Assembly (NCBI GenBank): GCA_903813345.2
Contig: CAIIXF020000001.1
Coordinates: forward strand, 21,204,001-21,268,000
Direction of reading: 5' to 3'
Source: Owenia fusiformis
Lineage: Eukaryota
Length of the DNA stretch: 64,000 bases
Shown: positions 1-13,408 of the stretch, piece by piece
Layout of the letters: each line of letters begins with the position of its first letter
Numbering within the stretch: position 1 is the first letter of the stretch
Program-made: the position numbers and the translations under genes
The notes under the pieces: model-generated
What the model was told of the DNA's origin: nothing
The model's input: the letters and a program-made list of their open reading frames with translations, nothing else
The model's database searches: none

Positions 1-1352
1 ACTTTTCAAGTGATGTTCGGATGATGCTTTCATTTAATTGCTTGCACTGATGGTTTCTCTTGAAAATTCATGCACATAAGGTGATCTAGTATTTCAACAC
101 AGGACCATGAAAGCGCTATTTGAGCTTGAAGTAGAAGTATTCATAGTATTACTGTTTGTATTATTAATCTCTATGATTTTTCAATAGGCTAACTCAGTCA
201 GTGAATGCAGGATTAAAACACAACACACATGAGTAATTCACCCACCTATGCATGTTATTATTGAAAAACATTGCCATCTTTTACATCACTCCTAAATTAT
301 TTTTGTAAACATGCATTTTTGTAGAGGTTCATTTTTTCAAAAAAAAATCAAAAACAAACTTCATGGAGTTCCTTACATATTTTACTTGATGAAACATGTG
401 TTCAAGTACAATGTAACTTTGCATGAAAAATTGTAAAAAAAATGAGGGACGATGGTGAAAATGACGAATGTATTTTGAAAAAGTTTGTTGATGGGTGGAT
501 TAAACATGGATTATACGATAATCCAATTGATCTGGAAACTATTCTTTGAACTTTTCTTGAAGATTATAGATTCGCCTTTCCCAAGCATTTACTTTTTACA
601 GCCAGAAACTACTCAACAAAAAATTATCAACTGTCAAAATTATCAAAAGTCTGTTGCGATACTTTCCCTGCTCCTTTCTTCTATGTCTGATGTCCAAAAG
701 GCAGTTGCTACTGAATGGACACACAGGTACTCCTACTCAAACTGTGTACAGTAGGTTAATAACAATGGTTGCTCCTCTACCTCAATGACAACCGTCACAT
801 GAGAACTCTGTAGTTTCTATCACACTTGAAAGAGAATTCTGCATGTACCATGACACCATGTACCAGGGAAAGGTTTCAACACTTATGTATTCAGAATGAC
901 TCAACCCTCAATATCCTTTAAGGTTATTGAGAAACACGGAAAATTTCCAGTTCAACTGCCACATATGCTAGTATGATTGGTTGGGATTCTAGGCTCTCAT
1001 TAGAATTTTTTTATTTTATTTATTTATTAGGATAAAATGCTTCTACAACAGCGGCACTATTAAAATTTAGTGTGCATGCAAAGAGACTTATATACATACA
1101 TACAGTAGGTTAAAATCATTAAAAATACACTTAACTGTAAGGTTTGACAAAAACAAGTCACCAAAACGAAACTATTTATTTACTCCTAGGACATGTATGC
1201 CTATTAAAAAACTAAAAATGACATCATGCCTCAATTTATTATCAAACATTAGATAACAAGTGTCAAAGTGGAGATTGAAGAACACAAACAAACATAATAT
1301 AGTGGTTTCCTATACATCGCAGCTCTAAAATACAAAGTATTTCAATTCAAAA

Positions 1353-4300
1353 ATGAATTTTACAATACCTACTACTAACAATGGAACAATTGGTCTACAA
1401 CTGACTACAACAGTGACAACTGCAAGTCTTAATGGTAAGTAGAACTTCTCAGAGATTAAAGGTCATGAAATTAATCTTAAAGGGGAATTATTTAAACAAA
1501 ATCTAAAAAGGCCATGAATAACCAAGTGAAATAATAAGTACTTTGATAGAAATATTTAAATCAAATCATGGATAATGTTAAAAAATGATGAACACTAACC
1601 CCTAATTTTTCTTTTCAAAATATAAAGTACATGGAGGGAGTACATGCCATAAGTGTTTCTGATTTTTGAAAAATGTGAACACACATTCATCATAAATATA
1701 GATCACCATATGTCATGGCATACAAGCAATTCAGAATAACGTTGTTATCTGATTCAAATGACACGTCTTATTATGGTGCCCTTATTACAACGTCAATAAA
1801 TTAAATGGTTTGATTTGTTTTCTTATAAACACATCCTGTTCTTCTTTAATTAGTGTTGCAAGTACATATCAGTCAATGTTTACAAATGTTAACTTGAAAA
1901 ACAGCAACTACACGGAGTAGCAAATCCCACCGAACAAAACATGTTTCGATAAATGGTGGCCATATAAAATTTGAGCCAAATCCATCCACTAGTATTTGAG
2001 TTAATATTTAAGTTAATATTTGAGACAATGTTTTTATGAAACATGGTTGCCATTTTGAAATTCAGCTCAAATGTCCCAAGGCATCGGCATATAAAATTTA
2101 ATCCAAATCCGTCAACTGGTACTTGAGTTATCAAGGATTACATGTTTAATGAAAAATGGTGGAGATTTCAATAAATAGCAGCCACCTTGAAAATTTATTT
2201 TCAAGCAGAGCTCCTTATTTCTCGGAATCAGTTTATAAGTAAATCTGTCCACTGGTATTTGAGTTATCAAAGATTACCTTTTTTATGAAAAATGGCAGCC
2301 ATTTTGAAATTCAGCTGACATCTTTGAAGTTTCTTCTGAAGCAGATCTCCTTTTTCCCTAGACATCAGTATATAAAATTGGAACCAAATCCATCTACTGG
2401 TATTTGAGTTATCAATGATTACGTCTTTTTACGAAAAATGGAGGCCATTTTGAAACTCAGTGGCCATGTTGAAAATGTCTTCTTGAGCAGAACTTCTTTG
2501 TCTCTGGGCATCAGCATACAGAATTTGAACCAAATCTGTCAACTGGTATTTGATTTGATTTAAGGTTACGTTCTTTTACAAAAAATGCGGCCATTTTGAA
2601 ATTTAGCTGCCATCTTGAAAATCCCTTCTTGAGCAGAGTTCCTATATCCCTAGGCATCAGCATATAAAAGTTGAACCAAATCCATTCAATGGTATTTGAG
2701 TTAACAAAGATAATATTATTTTACAAAAAATGGCAGCCATTCTGAAATATAGCAGCCATCTTGAAAATGTGTTCTCGAGCAAGACTCCTTTGTACCCAGG
2801 CAACAGCATATAAAATTTGAGCCAAATCCATCCACTAGTATTTGAGTTATCAAAGATTTTTTTTCTGAAAAATGGTCGCCATTTTTAATTAAGCGTCCAA
2901 AATTCTTTCTCGAGCAGAGGTCCTACACCCATAAGGCATAAGCCTATAAAATTTGAATCAAATCTGTCAACCGTTATTTGAGTTATTGCCTGGACAGACG
3001 GATGAACGGACAGACGTCATTTGTTGCTGCTGCATCAGTGTCTTCATTCGTTTTCGGACGGAGGGACGGACGGCTTCCCTATATGCCCCTCAAACTTCGT
3101 TCAGTGGGATAATAAACATCCCTACTTAATAACATGCTTGTGTTAAAGGGACATTTTGCTCTATCTGAACACATTTATTAATTGAACAGTTATTTAAGCA
3201 ATATTGTTTCAAACAGGTAATATTTTATGAAAAGTGTTTATACAACTAAGACAGATTAATGTTTCAAATATGACTATTTAATGTTTAAATTGGGTGTTCA
3301 TATTACATTGTTAAAATGGTAGTCAATAGAAGGGAAAATTGGGACTGTAAAAAGTGTTCGCAAATGCTGGTCCCTAAGTTGTATTGACTTCACTTAAACC
3401 AAAAATTGTTAAAATGAGAAACATCTTATGCAATAAATGTATATAAGACGCTGAGAAAACATTTGTTTGATTCTAGCTGGTGAAATAGCTGGAGTTGCAG
3501 CTGCTGTGGCTATACCACTGATCCTAGTAGTGGTGTGCATAATTTGCAGACAAATAAAAAGGAGCAAAATGAGCAAATCTGAAAGCAATCCTGATAGCAG
3601 CACTATGGGACAAAGTGAGTGTATAGGGTTTAAAGGAGGATATATACACAGCAAAAGATTCTATAGGGTGGTCCAAAGGAGTACAACATATATACAATAT
3701 TACACAAAAAATATTTAAAATATTCAAATTTTTTCTGAGCATAGTTCATTCAATTGCTTATTTCCTGAAAAGGTTATATAGATGCAATCGATCCACCATG
3801 GTATTGTAAAACATTTCAAAGCTTTTTTTAAGAACATGTTGATCACTATTCGCTTTTTATAAAAAAGTATGTTTACAAATATGATTCAGTCGAACACTCT
3901 TGTGTCAATGCCAAGGAATATCCAAATAATTGAATATACGGGTATTTATTTTAGGGAAGAAGGAACGTGTCAAATGTAGCATTGATGTTCTGTTAGGGAG
4001 AGGGCTTCATTTATTCGTCATTTATACAAGTTTAAGTTTATTTCCCCATCGAACAAAATAATAACCTTCAACTATGACTGATACCAAACAATATGGAATC
4101 AAAATGTGTATCAAGCTGACAGATTTGATCTTCTGATGCAAAAATCTTGAAAGTTTGTCCAAGCTGAAGTTCATTATCAAAAAAATCAACAAATAGCAAA
4201 TTGAAAGAATTAGTTTGAAATGAAGGTCTGAGTTTGAATTTAAAATTCAGTAGAAAATGGGCCATATTAAACATTAGGTTGTTGAACCCATTAACACAAA

Positions 4301-5218
4301 AAGCTACACCAATAAACTATCTGAGTAAACTATACAACAAATGCATGTTTGGATGAACTATACTCAGTAAAACTCTTGTGTATTTTAGTGGAGGAATTTT
4401 TCTCCATACATTTAGTAACGTTCCACTTTAAAGATCACCCTGTATACCTCTTGAGTTCAAGATTTTCATTCAACAAAGTATCCTGCTTTGAAAGAATCCC
4501 TTAAACAATTTATGATAAAGAGAAACATCGGCACAAGGGTTAAAATACAAGCAGAACTCTTTAGTGTGATTAAATATGCTATCTGTCTCCTTTCTCATTT
4601 CTATATTTCTAATGTATTTATTTGACAGCAACAACATAATTGTAATGTATTTGTCCCAGGATGTTCAACTAGTGTAGTATAGTACTGTAAAATATACTTA
4701 AATGTTTCTTATCTTTAAAAGTTTCTAAAGTTTAATTTCTAATAGACTAAGGGTTATCACTATCTGATAAAATCATGTTCTCTGTCATAGATAAATCTAA
4801 TGAATACATGTACTTCTATATAATATAACCATGGCTGGAACTTTGAATTTATGTAATCTTAAAAACAACTTGAAATAAGTCAGGTTGATTTTTAAATTTT
4901 GTAAAGCTAGCACTTGAACTGCAAAAGACATTAGGACTTAAGGCGATCGAAGTGAACCCAAATATTTTCTTTTATTTGTAATACATTATAATAGCTAACA
5001 TACTACTATTCCACTTATCACTACATCTTTTCCAGTTCTGGTTTTCTAGTTGTAAATATTATATAAAGTTCACAATTTTATTCATCCATTTTATTTCTGT
5101 TTTTGTCAAACTATTTCGATTCTGTAAATGCTAAACATAGATTGATGAACATGCACATGTATATGTTTATGTTACAGATGTAGGATTTTTACCAGGGGGA
5201 GGAAGCAATAAGCAGTGA
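1353..5218 (+). CDS. Putative 86-aa single-pass membrane protein (Thr-rich N-terminus, TM, short tail)
   Basis: Exons 1353-1434 (AAAAATG start, donor G|GTAAGT), 3477-3614 (ttctAG / GTGAGT) and 5178-5218 (ttacAG, TGA) are phase 1/1 consistent. TM: IAGVAAAVAIPLILVVVCIIC followed by RQIKRSK. Confidence 0.55.
1890..3115 (+). mobile_element. HINE/Helentron-like element with ~119-bp internal tandem repeats
   Basis: About 9 units containing AAAATGGC(A/G)GCCAT(T/C)TTGAAA, then a GGAC-type microsatellite and a terminal CCC...GTTC...GGGATAATAA hairpin. Confidence 0.7.
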
Positions 5219-6042
5219 GATCTGGCTGACTGGACTAATGAGACATTTACTTTCATGTACAATTTGACTCTCCTTATGTTATTGTGTTTAACCAAGTGAT
5301 CTCCAAAACATTAGAGCAACTGGTGCCCATTGAAAATTGTGTCTCCCCGTTGGGAATCTGTTTGCACCATATCAAATTGATGAAATATTGATTTGATGAA
5401 AACAGGTAACTTAAGATTTAGCTCTCTGTTTCTGAAAAACCCTAATGAAATCACTGGTTACACATGAGGACCCAGTATATCTCAGAACAATGAATTTTAT
5501 TTTATTATATGTTATCTTATATATATATATGTTATATGTTGCTAAGTGATTGGCTGCTTATTGTATTTGAATTGTTGATAAACAATTGCAACTGATGACA
5601 TGCAACATATTCATTTATACTAGCTATCTGTCATGCCAATAGGTGAAAGATGTGACATTGTTGTGAAACAAAAATGAAAATTTATTTACATTTACTTTAA
5701 TCTAGTCAATTAATTACAAATCATGTTGCATGTACAGTAGTTGCAGGCCCACACACAGTTTTTGCTAATGGGGGTTCACTTATAAAAAATTCCAGATGAG
5801 GTTCACATTTGTCAACTTTAGCGAACCCGCCCCCCTGGCTATGGGTCTGAGTTGCATGTACACTATATGTGCAATATGATTTTTCAGAATTATCTCATCT
5901 TAGATTTGTTAAAAATGTTATGTTTATTTTTCAAAGTTTATACATACTGTAGTCTATTGAATATGTTTATTAAATAGTAATTAGAGTTTAGAAGAACTTT
6001 GTAGTTAGCTATTATTTAAACTATGTATCTTAAAGTGTATTA

Positions 6043-6441
6043 TGAGGTTATATAATGGTTGTTTCTGTATATTGTGTTTATACTAAAGTGAGTATATGAT
6101 ATATTCACGAGTGACTGAAGGGAATGAGTGAATATATCATATACTCACGAGAGTATAACGATATACAGAATCAACCATTATATGATCTTATTATCCCACC
6201 CTAAATCTAAATTGAGCAGTTGTATGATCAAGTTGGAGAGTTGTATACGCAGCCCAGGGGTTGTTTACACTATCTAGGAGTTGTATATCAAGTCGAAGAG
6301 TTGTATACGCTGCCCAGGAGTTGTATACGCTGCCCAGGAGTTGTATATCGTTCTTAAGAGTTGTATACGATGAGTGTTGGTTTTATATTGCAGTTATACA
6401 ATCCTATTATACAATCATATAAAGCACTTAGGGTGGGATAA
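6043..6441. repeat. ~150-bp palindrome followed by an inverted-repeat-bounded 20-bp minisatellite (probable non-autonomous element)
   Basis: Palindrome 6043-6190 centred near 6115. TTATCCCACCCTAA...TTAGGGTGGGATAA encloses repeats of GAGTTGTATACG. Confidence 0.65.
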
Positions 6442-9400
6442 ATACCCCTATATGAAAGTTTGACACCACATACAAGACATGCTATCAATTCCTAAAACTT
6501 ACAAAACTGCAATAACATAGATGCGAGCAGGTAGTTTACCAGTTTCACCACCAGGTGACTTATTCAAGTCAGATAGCATGAAAGGTGTCGTAGAAAGTTC
6601 CCTTTATATTGAATATTCATCAGTTTCAGTGGACCAATTTTCATATCATTCTTATATTATGTATCTAATAGTTATCCAAATTTATATATCTCCAGTAAAA
6701 GAAAATCTCTGTCCAATACAATAAAAGATATGTCACTTTTTGTGATTTTATAACATGGGGTCTATGGGGAATCTCCCCTAACTAGAAGTCACATTTTCAA
6801 AGAAAATCAAATTTTCAAACTTAATAAACAATTTTTGAAACCACATTTCCAAATGAACTTTTACACATAGATTTCAAATATGACATCACTTTGGCTGAAC
6901 TTTGAATATTTACTATAATCAAGATTATTTCTACTCTCATCTAGTCTATTCTATAAAGGATGTGTCCGGATACATGCCCTTTTGGTCCCTCAGTCAAATG
7001 TATGTGAAATATTGTTTTTATTACTGTCCTAGTTATATTTGATAAGTATATTTACTTTTTCACGAGTTTTGATGCATAATGAACCCCCTGCTGAGAGTCA
7101 GAATAAGTATCCTAACAACAACAAAAAATAGTCATTATTATAGAAAAATCACCAATGGCAACATGTATGACATACAAAGAAGAAATAACTGAAGACCCAT
7201 GAAGAATTAAAAAGAAAATCATATTTTTGAAATATATTTAAGGATTAAAATTTTTTCAAACTTTTGAATTTCCCGCCAGTTTAATTTGAAGGGGGAAAAA
7301 CAAGATGGCTGCCATTTGATGTAAGAAATATCAGAAAAAAAGTTGCTTCACTTTTAGTTTTCACCATGAGCACAGTTTTCCGGTTTAGGTTTTTTGACTG
7401 ATTATGACTCTTCATCACCAGGGTCATGTATAGAGATTATAAAATTGAAACCAAAATGTTGTGCTCAGCATGAATTTGACTGAAATATGTGTAACTTCAT
7501 CAACACAATTGAAGTCTCAAAACTTGATGCTCAGTAACTTTGAATGACTATAATCCCTTGATTACCCAGATAACCACCAATTCACTTATCCAGAAATACC
7601 ATTCAATGTCTATACAAAGAAAGTAAGCAATGTTTTGGAGGATATGTTTCAAACTTTTTGAATAAATAATTCATTTAATATTTGCCATTGATTTTTTTTC
7701 AATTCTGACAAAGTGATATGCATTGTCTTTGATGCCAATATTCTTCATCAATTGTGATACAAATTGATATTTTTGTAATCTCAGAAGAAGGATAAGATAT
7801 TGAAGTTTAATAATATGTGTGATTGAGTTGGTTTTTCAGACATTACAATTTTCAATATTTTCTAAGTCGATACCCAGACTCATTCCCAGACTCATCCTTT
7901 AGAATTTCAGTCTTTGACATTACATGTATTTGAATCAGTCATAGCTGAATTGTTTTGATATATATTATCAATAAAATATCATATCTGCATGATGTTTAGT
8001 CCTGCGGAATCGATGGACCTGGTTGCTTTCTAGGATGTATGCTATGTCTTTGTATTTTCTTCATCTATATGTAATTGACTTTCAAAATCAGAACTGTGCC
8101 GGTTTGGCACTGGTGGGCAAAATTTTTTACAGCCTTGTATAGGTGGCGCCCCCTATGAAATACCCTTTTAATTAAGGAATTTTTTTTAAATGATCTTGAG
8201 TAGAGCCTTTAACTCAAGCCACCTAGTATAACCTGTTATATATCCTTAATAGCATGTCTATTTTTTTCCTTATCTAAAATCTCATATTTACAGAGTACTG
8301 GTCATTTATCCCCCCTGATATCACATATATTCCAAGGGGTCACTATGTTTTGAAGGCATAAAATTTGAACAAAGCGTAATTGTGATCTTACATTATTCAT
8401 AGATATGACTTGATACATGTTTTGGATGGTGTTAAAATAAAAAGTTCCTGTCTTATATATTTTAAGAGAAAAAAATTATTTGTTATTACAGTATATCCTA
8501 TATTCAACGATATGCAATTTGTATAAAAGTTACATTCAAAAGTCTATTTTGATTAAATTATCCTAACACCATCATGGATTTAAATACATTTTATTATATG
8601 AAGTAACTATTTTAATTTTAACACATGAAAACAGAAATCAAGGATTAAGTACTAATTGTTTAGTAAAGCCCATGGTCATGCCACCATGTTTGAAGAGGGG
8701 GGGGGGGTAATGTTACCGGACATTCTGCCAATTAGTAGGTGTTAACGTGGAATACTTATTAACTTCATACAGGTTTGGCTAGATAGTTACTGGATGATGA
8801 AAGGGTTTGAAATAATGTTCATAAAAATTTGTTTCTGTCATTAATAAACTAATTTTTAAGATATTGTAGCTCATTGAGTGTCAGCTTTTATTCCGTTATC
8901 AAGGGTATCATTTTTGGTCTCTTTATCCAGTACTTCTTGGACAGCTTGCAGAACAATTCCATCATCAAGATCATCATCATTTGTTTCATTGGTGAATGTG
9001 ACCATTAGTCTGGTATGTTTATGCAACACTCTTCACCTTTGCAAAGGCAAAATATACTGCATGACAAAGTAGTTTTACAGCACAGACAACAATCTATACC
9101 ACAAATGATATCATTGCTGGCACACTTCTCACGTGTACAATGTATCATCTTTAGCACTGAGTCTGGTGCACATAAAAACGTTTGGTGGAAGATTAACTGA
9201 CACTAATATGTTGTTGACAATATCAATTTGCCAGCCATACTCCGTTGGTTGCAACTTAGGAGGTAAGGGTTGGGCTGCATGTTTACACAGGGATGTTTGT
9301 AGATGAGCATGTTTCCAAAAAGGTTGCAATGATTGTAGTTCTGGCAGCATTTCTCTTGGTCCACACATCATATCTAACATCAGATGACTGGATTGATACC

Positions 9401-9845
9401 ATAACATGCTGCTGTGAATTTAGTAGCCTGTGTCTTTACATCAGATATTGGTATGTTGTCTTCTCCAATCCAGCTTAAAGGAGCATTTCCAGTCTGGTGT
9501 TAACTGCTTTAGTCTTGCCTATGCGGTATAGACTAGATGTTGTGTCACAGTCTGTCAGGCTGAGGGCAGCAAGAAGTTGTGAGGTGACATTTTTGTTGGA
9601 AGTTGACACAGACTCCAGAGTAACATAAGCAATTAGATAGTGTTTTTTTCATAGTAGTGAAGCAATAGGATTAAGACACTAGTGTCTTCACATACTACAT
9701 TGATATTTTTACTTCCAGTTTTGCTGTTCATAACATACTTGTTTGTTGATGTTTTCAGGTTACCAGATTCATCAAACATAGAGGTGGGGATGGGTGCCAT
9801 TGGCCCAGCTCAATGACTTGATAGTTTTCATATCAACATTGGCTT

Positions 9846-10290
9846 CAGAAGGGGGAGGGCGCTGGGGGTAACCGCCCCCTCCCTTTCCCAGATTTTTTTG
9901 GATTTGAAACTGAGGCTAGAATTTGAAAGCTTTTGAGAGCTTATTAAAGTCAAATGATACTATGCCATTATTTAGTCTATATCAAGCCAGATCTCATTTC
10001 TCATTAAGATATTTACATATGTTATTCTGTACCTTCGTTTCTAAGGAACCAATACAGTATGTAAATACTTTGGAGAATAAGAGCAAAATGTATATTTTAG
10101 TAAAATTCAATGTCAGTTTTCTTAAAACACAATTTTCTCTTGTTTTTTGGGAATGTTGTGCTGAGACATGTTCAGAATGTACCAGAGAGGATCTAAATCT
10201 GAAAATTTTCTGAGGGCATCCATCCACGCTTCACGCACGATCCATCCATTTCCAAACCCCTCCCTTGCGAAATCCTTCTGGCACCCCTGT
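9846..10290. mobile_element. GC-rich-ended MITE nested in the Academ element
   Basis: AGGGGG...CCCCTG type ends interrupt the transposase remnant; ends approximate. Confidence 0.45.
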
Positions 10291-10811
10291 ATCAAGTTGC
10301 CAGTTTATTACCAGGCTCAAACTCGATAGTAAATGAGATTGGTGTCATGGACAACCTTGAGTATAACTATATGAAATAATAAAAATTAAATCTTAATCAC
10401 TGAAATAGAGAATAGAGGTTTAAAGGTTATATAAATAAGACAGACCTATGAAACTTTTTCTAATATCAAATATTACATATTACCTTTGAAGTCAGTGGTT
10501 CATAGGATCTAGATCATAGGATCTAGAGGATCGATTACAGTACTCAATGATTCTCTGAGCTTCAGTCTGTCTATGCAGTGAGCCTCAACATTTGTGAGGC
10601 TCTCTTCTTTGTGTCTGGTCACAATAGAGGATTGGGCATTGACAGTTTCACCAAGGTCCTGGATATTGAGTTGAGGATCTGACTGCATATATGCATGCTG
10701 AGATCTCAGAGAAGTGTTTGACTGAATGAGTTGCCTATGATTCCAGATGGTCCATGGCCGTACCTAATATAGTACTTAACAAAAATATCAAAAAGGCCCT
10801 AATTGAGTTTT

Positions 10812-11147
10812 AATGTCCCATTTAAGAACCCCTATTCTAACTTTCGAAAATGAATTCTAGCAATATCACCCAATAGGAATCTACTTGTTGAGATTAATGA
10901 GTTCTTCTGAGAAATTGAGGATTTCAGCAAGGGTGCATTGACTTAACATGGGGACATACCTAAAGGTATCCCCAGACTAAGTCAATGGTCAATGGCTCTT
11001 TCCCCATGTTCAGTCAATGCATCCTTGCTAAAATCATCATTTTCTCAGAAGAACAGTTGATTGAGTCTAAACAAGTAGATTCATGTGGCATAGTATTGCT
11101 ATAATCCATTTTCAAAGGTAAGAATAGGGGATCTTAACAGGACATTG
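10812..11147. mobile_element. Foldback MITE nested in the Academ element
   Basis: ~140-bp imperfect inverted arms (aatgtcc...catgggga / tccccatg...ggacatt). Confidence 0.65.
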
Positions 11148-13408
11148 GGTTTGCTTTGCAGAACATTTTGTTGGTACTAATAAGTGGTCTCTATCATCAT
11201 ATCTAACCAGATTCCATTCCAAATGGAATGACGGGTGACATGCTGTCCTTGTAGAAACTCAACAACATTCTGTGGATGTCTCCCCATGTCTGACAGAACA
11301 GTGCTTACTAGTTATATTGTCATGCAGAAACGAAATGGGGAAGCATAGATTGATCAACAGCAGCCAAACGGAGCAGCCAGTTGCCTTCCCTTTCAGCCCT
11401 AACAAGTTGCACAATGATAAATACTGGCATTTGTACTTTTCTTTCTGACAATTTAGTGTTGTGTTAAGAACATCTATGAGTTCCTGGTAGCTGTTTACCT
11501 GATGAATTACTTGTCTCGAAAATTCTTCAGCAAGGAGTCTCAATGCTTGAACATTGTTAGGGTAATTCTTGCCTGTTGATCTTGGTTTCCCCAGCAAATT
11601 GGGTATCTCTACTATTCAACTGTCTGACATTAGGATGCCGACACAACCAACAAAACTCATGAGCATGCACATGCCCCGAACCTGTTGATGAATGTATAAT
11701 AAAGGTTGTTGGGGTCCAGAAAATGACATCAGTGGCTACTTTGTACAACTGCTGGTGCGTTCTCAAAATTGTGTAATCTTGCTTATATGTTTGGGTCAAC
11801 TCCTTTGCCTGATGCATGATGGTTTACATTGTGCTTGGGTCCACTGACTTAACATCAAGGAGTTGGCTGTAGGCAAGTTTTATTGCAGGTTAAATGATGG
11901 CGCCACTAGTCCTAGCTAACCTAGTAGTGTAGCCCCAGAATTATGGTGTCCCTGGTACAGATGTAACACTTCCAATAAATGGTCTAAAATTTGACCCTTA
12001 TAAGCAGGGATGACCTACTTACACTGTCAACAATGAGTTTCTTTCACATTTCAAACTTGTCATCTAACCCCCCCCCCTTCCTCCCTCTATAAAAGGGTAT
12101 ACATTATAATTTTCTGAAATATTTTAATTTAAAGAACCTGTATCTTACATAAATAGCTTAGTTTGATAGATAGACTCACAGAATCTGCTGATATTATATT
12201 TTTCAATGTTTCACAGTGATTACAGTGATATTTTTCATACATATTAATATTGCTGAATACAAGGAAGTCTATGTTAATATATTTATTTTCTCTTCAACTA
12301 AATAAAATACAAGTCTCATATTTCCACACTATCTCTGGCATGGGTTAATTTAAAGTCATGGATAATTTCAGATCACAATCTTGTTTAGTTTGCAAAATAT
12401 GCTTATTAAACATAGTGACCCCTTAAAAATAGGTGGTGCTAGGGTAACAAATCAAGCATATCTCATTAAATTTGTGATTCTATGTGATGAAACATAGTTG
12501 ACATGTTGTTTAGACTAAATACAGTTTATCTGAATTGGTTAAAGTTTTCAACTCTACCAACAGCCCTTTAAAAAAAATATTTTGTGAAATGGGCATTTTA
12601 CAAGGGGCGCCACCTATACGATGCTGTAAAAAAATTTGCCCACCAGTGCCAGTCCGGCACAGTTCTGATTTTGAAAGTAATTAACTTATAGATAAAGAAA
12701 ATACAAAGATATAGCATACATCCTAGAAGGCAACCAAAAGTTTCAATATGCCATTATTCCGCTGGACTAGTTTGTGTAATAATTTGTAAATAATAATGAA
12801 TTGACTTGCTATTCTGCAAATATTGTCAAAGACACATTTCAGAACTTGCATTTTTGAGTGACTTGGAGTGACAGCATGTCTAAATTGAAAATGTGATTTC
12901 TCCAAATCTTAAAGTTGTAATGCCATCTAAGAACATCATGACTGTTTTTGGCATTGAATTTTATTCATCACTGTCTCTTATGAGAATATGATAATAAAAC
13001 ATGTCATTTTAAAATATACTTTGAAATATACTTTTTATTTAATATGTTGTGAGGCAATAACAAATATCTAAAATAAAATAAATATTCACCATTCAATAGT
13101 TTTTCACTGTTTTCTGTTTACTGTGCACAATATAGCACTCCGCTATATACAAATAACAAATAAATGGACAAACAGATGGATCAACGAAGAAATGAATGCA
13201 CAAACAGATGGATAAACGAACAATTGAATGGACAAACAGATGGATGAATGAAGAAATGAATGGACCAAAGAACAAACACATGATGAATCAATCTACAATA
13301 CATACCTATGTTCTGGTGATCAGTTAACTTTTCTGAGTGAGCTATTAGAATAGTCTCCTCTGGTTTCCCTGGTCCAGCTGTAAGCACAAAGTATTCCACA
13401 TCATTAAT

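Larger units (their letters stand above)
7997..12769 (-). mobile_element. Academ-type DNA transposon, decayed, with internal insertions
   Basis: TAG...CTA termini, ~170-bp imperfect TIRs, 3-bp TSD GTT (7994-7996 / 12770-12772). Minus-strand frameshifted transposase remnants: GKNYPNNVQALRLLAEE, XPG-like LLAALSLTDCDTTSSLYRIGK, LQSL...HAHLQ...PTEYGW, and a Cys-rich tail. Confidence 0.75.

Noticed and set aside
602-830. Cys-containing exon (TNFR-like?) upstream of the small TM gene
   Set aside because: Stops or frameshifts are needed to assemble the Cys pattern and there is no clean in-frame join to the 1323 exon; unsupported.
6500-6640. Further minus-strand exon of the VAMP-like gene
   Set aside because: A donor-like site exists, but there is an in-frame stop upstream and no convincing acceptor.
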